A stretch of 58,417 nucleotides of DNA, the filler included, from Bipalium vagum (Eukaryota): assembly GCA_037834085.1 (NCBI GenBank). It is 3 parts of 3 records of this genome, joined end to end, with 100 filler letters (N's around TTAATTAATTAA, not from the genome) between each part and the next. Parts side by side here need not be neighbours in the genome. Positions count along the whole stretch, not along the records: positions 1 to 16,619 come from JBBMKC010102423.1; 2 more parts are not named here. One strand, written 5' to 3'. Positions 1 through 14,407 of the stretch are shown piece after piece; the first letter of the stretch is position 1; every line of letters starts with the position of its first letter. Below the pieces are notes generated by a model. It was not told the DNA's origin. It saw nothing but the letters and a program-made list of their open reading frames with translations, and ran no database searches. A program made the translations under genes and the position numbers.

Positions 1-682
1 AATCAAATTAAAATCAAAATGTAATTAAAATGTTTCACAATTGTCGATAATGAGCTTTGGAGAATCAGCCTCCATAATCTCTTGCTCTTTTGGCTCCTTT
101 GTGGATTTAGAATTGGTGCTGATTGGTGCTGGGACCTCTTTTTCTATGGATCCCAACAATTAAAACTAAATATTCCCAGTCACATTACATCTTTGAGTGA
201 CGTTATTATTTCTTTTATGCTTAAAACTGAACAAGATTTTAATGATGATAAAATCATATTCCTCTTGTTACATTTCATTCATGATCTATGACCATTTCTG
301 AGGTTATTAATGTATGAAGAATGTACTCCAAAGCTCCACGAGATGTTATTTTAGTATTGAATTTCACTTAAAATCAAGAGCTAAGCTAATCATCTTAATG
401 TTTAATATATTTTTATTAGTTTATATATATATATATTATAAATTTATTATATTTTTACTTTATTAAAAATGATAAAAATTAACTAAAAATTGAATTTTAA
501 AACATTTCAAGAACGATAATTAATAAAAAAGAAATTAATTACAAAGCTAATATGAATTAACAAGTTAAAATTGAGAAAAATAGGTCAGCTTTGATCTCGA
601 AAAGAAATATAAAAAAATATTGTGAAAATTGGAAAATAAATAAATAATTATCTAGAAATATATATGTACTTTGGTTCAATAT

Positions 683-1443
683 ACATGGTCTTCCAAAAGA
701 AGCTTTAATACTTTTAACATATTAAATACTAAGTAGTTTTTGTTTAAATAAATTAATATTTAACATTATTCTAGCTAAACATTTGAAAATTTTCAAAATA
801 TTTTATCAAAGCGGTAGTTCAATTTCAGTAACCGTTAAAAAATTAAATGCAAAATTTGGGAAAAACAAATGTTCACCAAAACCAACAATTTACAATCTGG
901 TTCATGCTTTTGAAGCATTTGGCTTCGTAGCAGATAGACCAAATAGACGACCTCGATCTGCGCGTATACCTGAAAAAATTGCAAGTAAATGAGAAAGCAT
1001 TGAAGACAATAAATGCACCTCAATAAGTCATAGAGCACAGGAATTAAACCTCTCAAAATCCACTTTGTCGCGGATAATGCATGAAGATTTGCATATGAAA
1101 GCCTATAAGCTTACCGTACTTCAGAAGCTTAAAGAATCAGACCATAAAAGTCACCTGAATTATTGTAATTGGTTGTTAGAAAGATCAATTGCGGATCCTC
1201 ATTTTTGGAAAAAAATCATTATGACTGATGAAAGTCATTTTCACTTGAGTGAAGTTGTTTTTAATAAACAAAATTGTCGAATTTGGGTAACAAAGCAACC
1301 CTATGTTTTGAAAGAAGAAGCATTACATTCGCCAAAAGTTACTCTATAGTGTGGAATATGGGCAAGAGGTCCATACTTTTTCGAAATGCTGCAGGTAAAA
1401 CAGTTACAGTAACAGGAGAGAGATATCGACACATGATAGACAC
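683..1443 (+). mobile_element. Truncated, frameshifted IS630-Tc1-mariner transposase remnant (rosa/DD41D-like, DUF4817-type N-terminal HTH)
   Basis: ORFs 783-992 and 1065-1349 read KKIIMTDESHFHLSEVVFNKQNCRIW...LHSPKVTL*CGIWA..PYFFE...VTVTGERY, matching the DE.HFHL.G.VNKQN.RIW / PLHS.KVTVWCG / GPYFF motifs; stops and frameshifts present; 3' half missing. Confidence 0.85.
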
Positions 1444-1515
1444 ATGATTGTAGCTCAGCGATCAGAGCAGTCCATGCGTATGTGGAGGTCCCGGGTTCGA
1501 ATCCCAGTACCACCG
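1444..1515 (+). pseudogene. tRNA-derived sequence (tRNA pseudogene or SINE head)
   Basis: A-box/D-arm TAGCTCAGCGATCAGAGC, B-box/T-arm CCGGGTTCGAATCCCAG, 3' acceptor-like TACCACC; 5' acceptor strand and anticodon loop degenerate, so isotype not assignable. Confidence 0.75.
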
Positions 1516-2419
1516 ATTAATTTTTAACTAACAGTAATAATAATACTTATAAAATTATAATATAAATATCAAAATATTTTATAAGAACATTACTCTTCAA
1601 GCTCATAAATAAGCAATAAATCATTCAACTTCCTTGACCATTGAAATTAGCTTTAACAAACAAATCATTAAAACGACCTTTACCATTGAACAACCTAATA
1701 AAAATGAAATTAAACTTTATATTAATTGAAAATCAATATTTTCTGAATAAAAACTGATGTCTTCCTCGTCCTTAAACGGTCTTGTTCTTTCCGAGTTGTA
1801 AAATGATTAATTTATCCATTTCGAAAATGAATTCTACTTTCAAGCTGATCAATATTTTTCGCCCAAATGGACCAGGATCCTATTCTTATCCTTGAAATTT
1901 TTATTAGAAAAATAATTTAATTAAAAATAATGAAACCTAATTCCAATAATTTGATAGTGAAAATTAAAATATTTTAAAAATCAAAGATTTTAACGTTGCC
2001 TATAATCGAATTCTGTTGGGAGTTCATTGTCATTACCAGGGCTTGTGAATAATTAATTTAACCAAAGAATCAAAACCTTCATTAAACTTGATACAATTTG
2101 ATTAATTCATTAAAAATTCATTTAATAGAAGTAATGTACTTAAATCGATATATTGATGATATTTTTCAGTTTTTTCATGTAATAAAGTTGTTATAGAATC
2201 ATTAGAACAAAAAAGGTATAAACAGAAAATTAATTAATTTTATTAAGTGGACATTTTTTTTATTATTTTATTTATAAAAAATGAATTTTAAAAACTTTTA
2301 AAAGTTTTATTGATTAATAATCAGAAATTGTATTAGTCAAAAATACAAAAAATATTGTGCATGTATTTTATGTAAAAAAGAAAATAATAATATAAAAATA
2401 AAAATAAAAAAATGTCAAG

Positions 2420-3320
2420 GAAAAGATGCGACAAAAAATTGGAAAGGGCTGCAATTTCTTCATCACAGTGAGTAAACGTTTTAACAAGTGAAATAAATGG
2501 AGAACAAAACGGTTTTCTTATTTCACAAACAATTATTTTCAATTACCCCATTTCCTACAAAATCAAGCCAACCTCGAATGTGTTGTCTCGTACACCATCG
2601 AAATCAAACTATTTTTTTAAAAATATTCCTTCATTCCATGAAGTTGTTTGACATTGGTGGCTTTTCAATTACTCTTATATACCAATCCTTTTTAAACGTT
2701 CCAAAAGTCTTCAATCGGATAAAAATATGATTAGTAAAATTTCAAGTGAACGGATTGACTCAAAAGAATAAAACAAATAGGGTGTCTATTTGCCAATCAT
2801 TGGTTCTTAAGAAAAACAATAGGCCATTTCTATATTAAATTGGCACCTTCGACGAAAGTTTAATTCGATTCAGAAGAATCCTACAAAAGAAAACATTTCT
2901 CTCTCAAGTCCAATTCCTCAACACCAACCTTGGTGGAGGACTCTGTGATATAACTTACTGGGAATTGCTAAACAACTAATTTGGAGAAATACTATGAAAA
3001 GTGAGTAAATTAAATAAAAAAAATATTGACCAACAGAAACGATATATTTTTCATTATTACCAAGCCAGACAACAATCTTAGATAAAAAGCTCAAGGAAAA
3101 TAAAAGACCAAGAATCAGAAGCCTATATATCACTCAACAGATTTTCATCTAATCTGACCTGTGCATCACCTCTTGTGTGGAGAAAAGTAGAATGAAGACA
3201 GGGTCGATATCAAAATATTTCTTATCAATCATTTCATCTCATTTTTTCGAACGTGAATGGTGATGGACAACAAATCTTACAGAAGAGAATCGATAATAAC
3301 GTTAAATATATTTTTCAATA
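2420..3320 (+). mobile_element. Heavily decayed mariner transposase relic
   Basis: Scattered mariner-like peptide traces in the expected order (ICQSL...PFL..IGTFDE; FHYYQAR resembling DNARPH; terminal N..YIF); many stops; boundaries approximate. Confidence 0.4.
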
Positions 3321-4716
3321 TACGTCTTGTAGAATACAATTTCTGTGCAAAAACACTGCACTTTCCCTAATATATAAACAATATAATAACGTTGGTACCG
3401 AAAATATTTCTTATTCATATTATCACTTAAAGACATTAAAATGATTCCGAACTTTTCTAAGAGAAAGGCAAAGTTAGTTCGGTATTTGGATAGGCAATAT
3501 ATAATTTTATTTTTATTTCAGAAAACTTTATATTATCTGTGCCAGTTGAAAATAACGATTTTTAAGAGGTCAAAAGCGCTTATTTTAACAAAACTAAACA
3601 AATATTTTTCATTCAAAGTAATTTCCATTGCTATTTTGTTTATTACGATTCACTCATCAATACAATTTTTGACATCTTTGAAATCATAAAAACGCTGTTC
3701 AGAGAGACAATGCGTCATCGATCTAACACGTAATAATCAGATTGAGTAATGTCTAGTCAATACGGCGGGGGGAGGGTTAGACTTATCACCCAAGTATCTC
3801 CAATGTTTCATTTACAATATTTAAGCCTGAGGCCGTCGTTATCATACAGAAAAATGACCTTCCATTGTCTTTTAGCCCAATCTGGTCGTTTTTCTTTCAA
3901 TGTACGAATATTAAAATATAAAAATATAATATAAATAAAGAATATTTTTCAAGATTCCAATATTTAACCAAGAAGTAACAAATAATTTAAAAAGATAATT
4001 ATTTAAGAAAAATATTGGAAGATTTATCGATCGCATTGGACCGAACATTATTTAATTCAGTTGAATTTCAATACAAATCACAATACAAACCATTATTTAT
4101 TTTATCTTTAATTACAATTTTGTTTTAATTTTTATTAATATCAATTTTCTTCATAGGCAGTGTTAATTATTTGAAAACACCGGAAGTGATAAATTAACAC
4201 CTATGGCTGAATTTCTTTTTGTAATTATCAAATTATATATTTAATAAACACACGGTCTTTCAATTGTATTTTGGGTCAAGCTTTCTAATAGGCATATAAA
4301 TTTAGGAATTATGTATTAATTTTATTATAATAAAATAAAAATATTGTATTGTCATTTTTTTCTTTTATTATTATTATTATGATTATTTTTATTATTATAT
4401 ATATATTATAATTTATATATATTTTTATTATACTTTAACAATATTCTATATCGCGATTCTTTAATATTTTATTAAATAATAACAATTTACTTATTTTATA
4501 CCCGGAATTGATTTTCCATGATTTTTCAGATGAGCCTTTTGTAATTCATTGCTTTTCTATATGATTCGCATTTTTCATTACTTCATTAAAAAGTTAAAAA
4601 AAATAAAAACCAATAGGAAATTTTGATCAGTTCTTCATAATCTTTATTATTAAACATTAATCAATCTTTTCTGAATTAAATATGTGTGACTACATCATCT
4701 ACATTTATCTCACATA

Positions 4717-5552
4717 TTATTAGTTCGTGCAGTTTTAGCTCAAAAAATACAAAGATTTATAAGAAAACACAAATACAATATCAATCATTGAAATAATCAC
4801 CGCCACACTTTATAATATTCTGCCAACGTGTCACTAAATGTTGTATTCCGGTTTTGTAAAAATCTTTCGATTTGGAATCGAAAAAACTGCGGACCGCATC
4901 GATAACACCATCTAGAGTTTGGAATTGCCACTGCCTCATAAAATTGTCCAGAGATAGGAAAAGATGGTAATCACTTGGGGAAATATCTGGAGAATAAGGC
5001 AAATGTGGTAATGTTTCCCAGCCAAGCTCAGAAATTTTGTCATGGGTTAATCTTGCGATATGAGGCCTGGCGTTATCTTGTAAGAAGAGCACATTCTTTC
5101 GATTGAACAAAGAAGGTTGTTTCTGGACAAGTGCTGCTTTCACTTGCTCAAGCTGATCACGATAGAGTGCAGCGGTGATGGTTTGACCACTTACCAAGAA
5201 TTCATAATGAATAATTCCGGATGCTGTCCACCAAACACACAATAAAATCTTTTTTGGATGTAAGGGATTCTTTGGAGTATGCGGTATTGGAGCAGTTGAG
5301 GATAACCAATGACGAGATCGCTTATTAATGCTGAATAATAGACATTTTTCGTCGCAGGTTAAAAATCGATCGAGAAAGGACTCTTTTTATTATCTTGATA
5401 AGTTTGTTGAACAAATGGAAAAGCGGCTTATTTTGTTGGATTCTGACAAATTATGTGGGACCCATTTGCTTAATTTCCACTTCTTCCCCAGCTGGTGAAG
5501 ATGAACTCGAATGATTTCATTGCTCACATTGAACCATTTTGCAAGGTCTTCG
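4717..5552 (-). mobile_element. mariner (DD34D) element, 3' two-thirds with terminal inverted repeat
   Basis: Minus strand: KWVPHNL (~5450-5470), TCDEK (~5345-5360), ORF 4781-5242 with QDNARPH...YSPDISPSDYHLF (34 residues between the Ds) and RWQNIIKCGGDYF; TIR-like TATTAGTTCGTGCA near 4718. Confidence 0.93.
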
Positions 5553-5964
5553 AATTATATTATATTAATTATATTTCAAATTATATTATATTAAAGAAAG
5601 AGATTCTCTTTTAATTAATATTTAACTTTTTATTAAAAATTTCCATTTCATTTTGGTTTTATTTGAAATACCCGCTTTAAATAATACAATTAAATACGAT
5701 AATTATAGCGTGAGAACTATTTTAAAGAACCATAAATAACATAAAATAATATTTTATATTATAATATTATAACTTTTCTAGACCCCTTTGACAATGTTTC
5801 TCTTTTTATTATATAGTAAGTGATTCCCCGGAGATAATTCATTGAGCATAGTTATTTCTCAGAATGTCATAATATCAGGGGGTTCATAAAGTTGTCAATT
5901 TACTTAACCCTATTTAAATGTCAAGAATTATGATATTAGAGAGGCTTTCGTATTTCTGTTAAAT

Positions 5965-6420
5965 ATATTATTCAACGGTCCATGAAATAAGCACAAAAAT
6001 TAAGCAATAGTGCATGATACAGTTTTCTTAAAATCTGATGAAAAAAATATGTAAAAATGCATTTAATTAATAATTCATTTATAGCTATGCTATGTATGCT
6101 AAATTAAGACAATTGATGTCAGGATCGTTAGAAGATGGATAAATCGATTAAAAACGAAGATTCAAATATGTTAGACAAGAATATTAGCGGAAAACCATCC
6201 AACAGTATGGGTGATTCATATTCTGAACTTGTTATTGATTTAACGTATAAAGATGATCGAATTGCATGAAGTGGTCGGAATAACTGTTGGCACTATTTAT
6301 TTAAATATCGATGAATTGGGCTTCAACAAAATTGTAACTCTCAGGGTTCCAAAATTGTTAAGTCATGAAATAAAGAAACAATGAATGGAGATCTGTGTTG
6401 AATTGTAGCGTAAATATATA
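5965..6420 (+). mobile_element. mariner 5' fragment (HTH region), decayed
   Basis: VRRWINRL...D...G.P, DDRI, LGFNKI...RVPKLL (WVP motif relic), MEIC; stops and frameshifts. Confidence 0.6.
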
Positions 6421-8229
6421 TTAGCTTCATATTGTACCTTCATTGTAAAATAAAAATATTAATTTTATTAATTTGATTTTTTCTATTTATTCTTTAAAAA
6501 AATGTTTTGATTGGACTAATATATTCATTATTATAATTCTATTTTTATATGTTTTATAAATATAAAAATGAAGAACTAAAAATATCAGATATATTTTTGT
6601 TTTATATTATTAATTCTTATTATTATATTATTTATTAATATTTTTAATATGAACTTGAACTTTTTATTGAAAAGAATTTTTTTACACAATGTTTAAATAG
6701 AAAAATTAACAAAATTATAAGTTGTAAAATAAAAATATGTAAACATAATAATGAGATGAATAAAAGTAATATAAAAATAAAATAAAAACAAAACAATTTT
6801 AAAATATTTTTATTTATAAATTTATAAACATGATTTAATCATTTCTCTATTTACATTGATGAATAATTAATAAGGATATATTTTCATCATTTTGGATTGA
6901 AGAAAGAAAATATTATTGCAAATTAAAACAAATTAATGACATCCAGAAATAAAACCTCTTTATAATTTATGAATATTAATCAATAATCAATTATGATGTT
7001 ATCATTTAAATAAATTTGAGGATTTTTCATTTGTAGAAGAAAGAAAAATATTTCTTATTTAATGATATGAAATTTTAATTTCTTTTCGCTAAAATATTTA
7101 TTGAAATAATATAAAATATTTTTAAAATCTGTAAAAACAATCTTTCGAACTAATATAAACAAACGTAATTTCGTTTTTTTCTATTAATAAAATAAATAAT
7201 CAATAGATAACAGCTGATTAATTAAATATTAAAATTATTAATTATTAAACGTTTATTATTTTAAATCAATTAAATCAATTATTGTTTTTCCAAAAATAAA
7301 TTTCAGGTAAAATTAACAATGATTTTGTAATGATAATTTTTAAAAGAATGATTTATTTTTTTTATTATTAGCGAATTTCTGAATAAAAAAAGAATTATAA
7401 TAAAACAGAGAATTGGCAATTTTTCTCCTTTTAAACAGAACAAACTTGAATAATTATCGGACCAATCGATTGATATTGATCACCCCTTTCTTTTACTAAT
7501 CTGAAGTAATCTTGTTTAAATTAGCCAATTCTTTCAAGGCGAATTTTCAAAAGAACATTAGTATTAATTCTAAAAAATGAATGAATGAAAAAACAACTTT
7601 TTCCATTGTGAAACGGGTATTTTTCGGAATAAATTATTTTTTATTCCAGTTTGACAAACTCGATAATGTATAGAGACAATTCTCGTTTTATGGGAATTTT
7701 GTTTTAATGAAGAAATCATACAACCGTCACTCATATTTTTTTTCCTGAAGAATTTTATTGTTTTAATTTTCGAAAAAAAATATTTATAAAACTTATTTAA
7801 TTATAATTAAATAAAAAGTATGAGATAATTTTATTTTTAAAAGTTAATTAATTATAAATTAAGATGACTATAAATTTAATCACGCATCATCAAATCGCAG
7901 ATCAAAGACGTGGAAGTCTCTGAGGACATATTAAAGTTTTTAAACATTTTTGTCACTCATAAATTAAATTAAAATTCATTTTCTTTTTTTTTTTAATATC
8001 AATTCTCTAATCAGAAATCGATTTTTATTATTATTTACGGACCGATACTGTACAAAAAGTATTCGAAATTTGTGAACATTTTCAGATTCATATGGTATTT
8101 CCAGATCCACCAAGATGACGAATAATGGACCCTTATGTAATGACGATATTCAACTTTAATCGTTTAAAATTCACTTGTCAAAATGCACCTTATAATCTAG
8201 GGTTTATATCGCAAAAACAGAAGTATGAT

Positions 8230-8905
8230 GACCTGAAAACCAGTTTGATCTTTATCCTTTAGAGAATGGATAATCTAATTAGTGAATGTTGGTTAAAACG
8301 TTCTCAAGAGTGCAACAATGTGGAAAAATTCTTTAAAAGAAATGATTGGGTTTTGAATACTTTTAATAGTAAAAGTAAAATATCTGGAGAAACTTTTGGG
8401 AAAGAGTTAAATTAAAAAGTTAAATCAATTAGATAAATCATTTAACAGAGGAGAACGTTGACTTTAGCTAAAGGGTAAAGATAACGAAAAAGAGTAAAAT
8501 AAAATGACTTTAACCGTTGGGAAATTGGTATCAAAAACTTATGAGGGTGATTTTTGTCTGTCCATGAGCATGACAAATAGTTTTAATATATACAATTTTA
8601 ATAAGAAATCTTAAGTCAATTAGTTAAATATTTTCTACAATAACCTTATTTTGCACCGAATTGTAACTGATGATAAAACTAGAATTGGTATGTAAGAGGA
8701 GTAAAGGATATCTTGAAAAACTTAAATCTTACTACACCTGTCATCTACTTATTTTATACATCTTGCTGCTATCGAACAGTGGTTTTCCTACCAAGACATA
8801 AAATTCGGATCTATCAGTGGATTGCTGTAAAGGATCATATTTACGGTAAAAGATGATCTAAGGCTTTAGTTGTCAACTGTAAAAATTTTCAAATAGATGC
8901 TTAGT
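8230..8905 (+). mobile_element. Very decayed mariner-like relic
   Basis: Traces WLKRSQE, LHRIVTDDK and C-terminal WIA.KD..Y-like segments in mariner order; boundaries approximate. Confidence 0.35.
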
Positions 8906-8938
8906 AAATTTTGTATAATTATATTTATTTACACAATA

Positions 8939-9421
8939 CAGTTGAACCTGTTTAACATGAACATCAAGGAACAGAAATGCGTAAGTTGGTCATTTGAAAA
9001 AATGTTGGAGATAGACAGTTAATTTTTCGCAAAGCACATTACACAATAGCAATAAATGAAAGGAAGCTTATTACGTCACAATATTTTATTATTCTACTTT
9101 TTATTAATCGAAAAGAATCTAACAAAATTAACTTATTAGCTCCAATCTGAGATGTCATCTTCTGCTATAGATTCAAAAATCAGTTTTCGATTCAGTAATC
9201 TCCTGTACTTGGATTTAAAAGAACGTATTATATCAGCATCAAGTGGCTGGGTGAGACCGGTAGTTTTAGGTGAAAGAAGTGAAAGTTCAATTTCTGAATC
9301 TCTTATTGCTACCGAATGTGAATTATTCAGAATAATTTAGATCAATATTCACAAAAAATATTTTTGTTCAATTAAAAAAATGTTCATGTTAAATAGTGTT
9401 CAAATTAAGCAGGTACAGCTG
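8939..9421 (-). mobile_element. Internally deleted pogo/Tigger-like element
   Basis: TA-flanked imperfect TIRs CAGTTGAACCTGTTTAA.../...TTAAGCAGGTACAGCTG; internal minus-strand TTGLTQPLDADIIRSFKSKYRR matches the DDE_1 T..QPLD.GII..FK..YR motif. Confidence 0.85.
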
Positions 9422-10724
9422 TAAATATGTAATAAGTTATTATGTATTAATAATTTTAATAAAATGATTTTCTTTAATTTCTAGATCTAATAATACCAAA
9501 ATATTATATATAATTCTATTGTGGTAAGTGTGCTGGCGGAATTCTTGCCAAATAAATAATTAATGTTCCTAGCAGTTTCTTGAACATTATTCCCATTTTC
9601 TACTCTTAAAAAAGGACACGAAAATCATGGTTTGTCAGGTTATACGCCATTTCTAAAATTTGAATATAAAATCGATATTTATATAATGATTTAGTATTAT
9701 ATGATACAAATTCTAAGTTTTAAAATAATTATTTAAATTTAGCTAATTTTTACATGATTTACAACGTTTCCAAAAAATATGATATTAAAACGAACATTTC
9801 ATACTGCATAACCGAATATTAAATATTAAACATAATATATTACTTTTAAAAATGTTAAATCATACAAAAAATCTGTCTGAGTCTTTATAAAAAATGAATA
9901 AATAAAATAATAACTAAAAAAATTAATTAAAATTCTTAAATTATGAAAAGTATTTGAAAATATCTTAAATATTAAATTTCAAATAATATTTTTCAATGAA
10001 TTTACAGATTAAAATAAATAATCTAATTGGTTGTTCGCAAAAATATTTTCTTGTATTTCTTTAAATGGCAGTCCTTTGTTAATCTTTAAAACAAAATTTT
10101 GTAGCAAATTAAATGTTTAATCTTTAGAAGAAGACTTAGTTTAAGATTTTAAAGTTGGTTTTTAATTATAATTTCCTCAGCTGAAAAAATGATATTTTCT
10201 TTTTAATATTTAAAAAATATAATCATTTAAAATTGAAAAAAAACTTTCAACAATTGTTTAAATAATATTTTTGATTATTTTTTAAATATATAATATAAAA
10301 AGAAAATATATAAATAATAAATATCATTTTTGTCATTATTTTATGTTAAATGTCTTAATAAAATATCACCACCAATTTTAATTAATACAATGAAATTTAG
10401 ATTTTTTGTATTATTAAAAAAATTATTTAAATATATTTAATAGTAGGAACTTTTAAGGATTTAAATGCTCTTCCAAAATAATTGTTTTCGAATTTCATAA
10501 CAAATCGAATTTCAAAGATGAGAAAGATTCAAGACAGAAAGCTGCCCCTTCAAAAGATCGTTGGTTGGCTAAAAAAATATTGATTTTAATGTTTCGTCAG
10601 GAATATGAAAATATTTATTTTTTTACTGTATGCAATCTTTTTATAACTGAAAAAGTTTAATAAAATAATTAAAAAGTTGGTTTAATAATGAAATGGGTTC
10701 GTATACTGAAAAAAAGATTCTCGT

Positions 10725-11140
10725 GAGAATATACTCAGATATCATCACCGGTTACCAATCGATTTAAAATGTCAATTGAAACTTTTTCAGGTTTTCCCTC
10801 GAACATTTTCAACAGTACCTACATTTCTTCGACTGTGAGAGTATGAGGCACCCACTGAACAAAAACATGTCTGGCGCCCGGATGACTACGGAAAATATTG
10901 TGAATTCTTTATCTCAAAATTTTCAGTATTTTTGCCATCTTAACCAAATCTCAAACTGCGGTCATCAAAGACAGTCCTACCCATCCGAAATTAACGAAAC
11001 CAATTCGTAACAGAAGAATATTTAACAGTGTTGTCCCCAAAACACTATTAATCTCGTTTTTGAATATTGCGGATATTCTTTTTGAAGTAATAACCCAATA
11101 TTACTCTAATATTTCGAAAATTGAACATCATACTTTACTC
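10725..11140 (-). mobile_element. mariner transposase fragment
   Basis: Minus strand QWVPHTLT (~10835-10858) and ILNRLVTGDDI*VY (~10730-10770). Confidence 0.75.
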
Positions 11141-12417
11141 GGCCATTCCTAAATTTAATTCATTATTATTAGTAAAATATTCAACATTGAAAAATTTTAA
11201 ATTTACCTTTCATTGATTTAATTAATTGATTATTTAAAGATATATTATATCATTAAAAAAAATCATTTAGTCGCTTCAACGAGAGACTTTTCAGCTGTAC
11301 AGTTTCAACAGAAAGACGTTTTAGAGATTTTCTTGTATTAGGCTTCAAAGGATCACTAAGGTCATTCAAAACACGTGTGGTGACATGTACACTGTTTATC
11401 TGACACTGACCAAAACTATAAATTGCCGTTTGCATTTTTCTACACACTTATAAGACAAATTCAATGATTAATGGACTTGCTAAGTACTTTTTAGTGTCTT
11501 TATGGAGTTCGGATTTAAATGGGACAGCCACAGACGAATACATCAGACGAATATATCATTAAAAAAATATTATTTACAAACTTTTATACATATTTATCCT
11601 AAAAATGTTATATATAATAGTTCATAATAATTAATTATTTATATATTCTTTATTTGATGATAATGAATGATATGAAAGACCCTTGGCAGGATATATTATA
11701 CGCTATCGATAAAACAAAGAATATTTCTTTTATTGGAAAATGAGAAAATTTTGCACTCAGGAATAAAAAGAACGTATTTATTAATTTGGTTTTGTTTTCT
11801 GAATAGACTCTTAAAAACGTCACAGACAACAAAATATATATTTCTGTAATTTAATATTTTATTTTCTGGTTGCTGAGGACAAGTAACAAAGTGGCTCTCA
11901 AGAGAAAATAAAATTCCTTTTTTGGCAACAAGTCAACAGGACAGAAATGATCACCTTAAAATTGTTTGCAAGGAGAAAAATTTACATATCAATGCCATCC
12001 GAAGACTGAATTTCTCAAATATTCAATTATTCAAAACCGCAAAAATATCCACCGAAAGTCTTTGAAAAATTCCATTTTCCGATAGATAATAATAATAAAA
12101 ACAATAAAAATGATGATAAAAATAAAAATATAAAGTAATATAAAATATGATCAATAGTGATAAATATTAAAAATCATTATTATAATTATTATTTAAGTTT
12201 ATCAATTATTAATAATAATTAAACTTATATTTACAATTAAAAAAATTAAAACAACTCTTAATTCTTCTTTACGGCATAAAATTAATTTTAAAATTAAAAA
12301 AAGAAATTAAAAATTAATTACTTTTTTTGAAATTAAAAAAAATGCTTCCTTTATGAATATTTAAAATAATAATAATAATAATAATAACAAAATTAACATT
12401 AACAATAACAATAATCA

Positions 12418-12626
12418 NNNNNNNNNNNNNNNNNNNNNNNNNNNNNNNNNNNNNNNNNNNNNNNNNNNNNNNNNNNNNNNNNNNNNNNNNNNNNNNNNNN
12501 NNNNNNNNNNNNNNNNNNNNNNNNNNNNNNNNNNNNNNNNNNNNNNNNNNNNNNNNNNNNNNNNNNNNNNNNNNNNNNNNNNNNNNNNNNNNNNNNNNNN
12601 NNNNNNNNNNNNNNNNNNNNNNNNNN
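12418..12626. other. Assembly gap (209 N)
   Basis: Run of N following an (AAT)n-like tract. Confidence 0.99.
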
Positions 12627-13789
12627 AAAGTTATAATAGTTAATTTTTCATTTTATTCATTGAATTCAAACAATTTATGTTTGATACAGTACAATATATT
12701 ATTTAAGATTTCTTATCAAATTCCGACAAGGAAAACGTTACAAAAGAGAAAATCTATTTTTTTAGAATAATTGGTTACAAATTGGAATTATTTCTTTTCG
12801 AAATATGAAGAAATATTTAATAAAAAACACTTTCAAATATGATCGAATCGTTTCCATTTTAATAAGCGTTCGAAATTTAACAAATAATATAAAATGATTA
12901 ATTTAATTGATTTTCTCTTTGGGAAATTTCTTCAATTTCAAATTATATCAGCTCTATTTATATAAACATCCCTCAAATTCCAATCCATTATTATTGTTTA
13001 CTTTGAATAACTTTAAAAACAAAAACAAAATTTTCTCATTTTTAAAACAAACATTGAATCATTTTAACTCTTTCTTACTTTATTAAAACAAATTTATTTT
13101 ATAATTAAATCGTTAAGTGATGGAAATTATTTTATTAAACGAGGGAAAATATTAATTAAATAATGAAGTTTAAATTTCTTTTAATTATTTTGGAACCAGT
13201 TAAACAAAAATAGAAATAATTGAAATTCCCCACCCCCGTTATTATCACTGTGGCTGAGATGGCCATTAAATATTTTTTGAAAATATGATTTCAATCTTGG
13301 AGATAGTATTTCTTTTTTTAGTCTAATTATAGTCTTGATATTTATCAGAAATTCGATTCTACCATATTTCACAGACGTTACGTCATCTGAAGTCATATTT
13401 AGCCGGTCATCACACTTAAAACCTTTCATTTGAGAACAATTGATTAGTCTTTCCATCAACTAACAAAATTGTTTGAGTGTCAACATGATCTTCAAAGAAC
13501 CATTCGGAATTCTCAGTTTATATCTCAAAGGTTGTCCGAATACTCTTTGAAAATTTATCCATTATCTAAATCGAATATTATTTCTAATAAACTTCCAAAA
13601 TACAGTAATTGTAACCGTGTAAAGGAATGAGACTGAAAGAATCTGTATGTCTGCACAGTGGGTTAACAGTGTTCCCAACCGAATAATCAATAAATATCTC
13701 TAACACAATTTGATAAAGTGAAGGCCATCGAAACGCAAAATGATCCTTGTAAATAACTTGATCCCAAACAATGATCAATGTTTTGGTTT

Positions 13790-14407
13790 AAAAATTCGAT
13801 GTAGAAAATGTCTCATTGTTTCGGCTAATCTTCTCTCTTTTATTTCAATATTATTAGATTGTTAAGTTAGAAATGCTCGTTTTCAAGATCAAGTCGATTT
13901 GGGATCCATTTGTCACATCTATTTATTTTGTCAATTGAATTTAAATGATTTTCTATAGTTACTTGGCGGTATTTGAACATCTCACCAAGTTCTCGAGTAG
14001 TTTGTCGAGGATCTCTCTCAATGACATCTGTGAAATCATCATCATGTACCGTTCGAGGATGTCGTTCATGCTGACCATCTTCCAGATCTACATTTCCATG
14101 CTTAAATAATTAAAACGATTACTAATAATCATATCACCAAACACATCGCATATTGTTCAGTATGATTCTGCGGCTGTCTTTTCTTGTTTGAAATCATACC
14201 ACATATGAATGCTAATTTTGTTTATTTGGCCATCCATATTTCTAAGCCTAACGTTTTCCAATCAAAAATGAATGAAATGAAATATAATATTAATAAAATA
14301 TGAGACAAGTCCAGGTAGTAGAATTTAAAATGATCGGTTTTTTGGTTATTTATGAACTAATAATTGTTATTCATTAAAACGCACATTTCTAAGTTAACAA
14401 GCTAATA
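13790..14407 (-). mobile_element. mariner 5' half with left TIR
   Basis: Minus strand IHMWYDFKQEKTAAESY*TICDVFGD, LEDGQHERHPR, DPRQTTRELG, DKWIPNRL; TIR TATTAGCTTGTTAACTTAGAAATGTGCG at ~14380-14407. Confidence 0.82.

Noticed and set aside
25-291. Short ORF 82-291 and a minus-strand charged open stretch
   Set aside because: No recognisable homology or splice support
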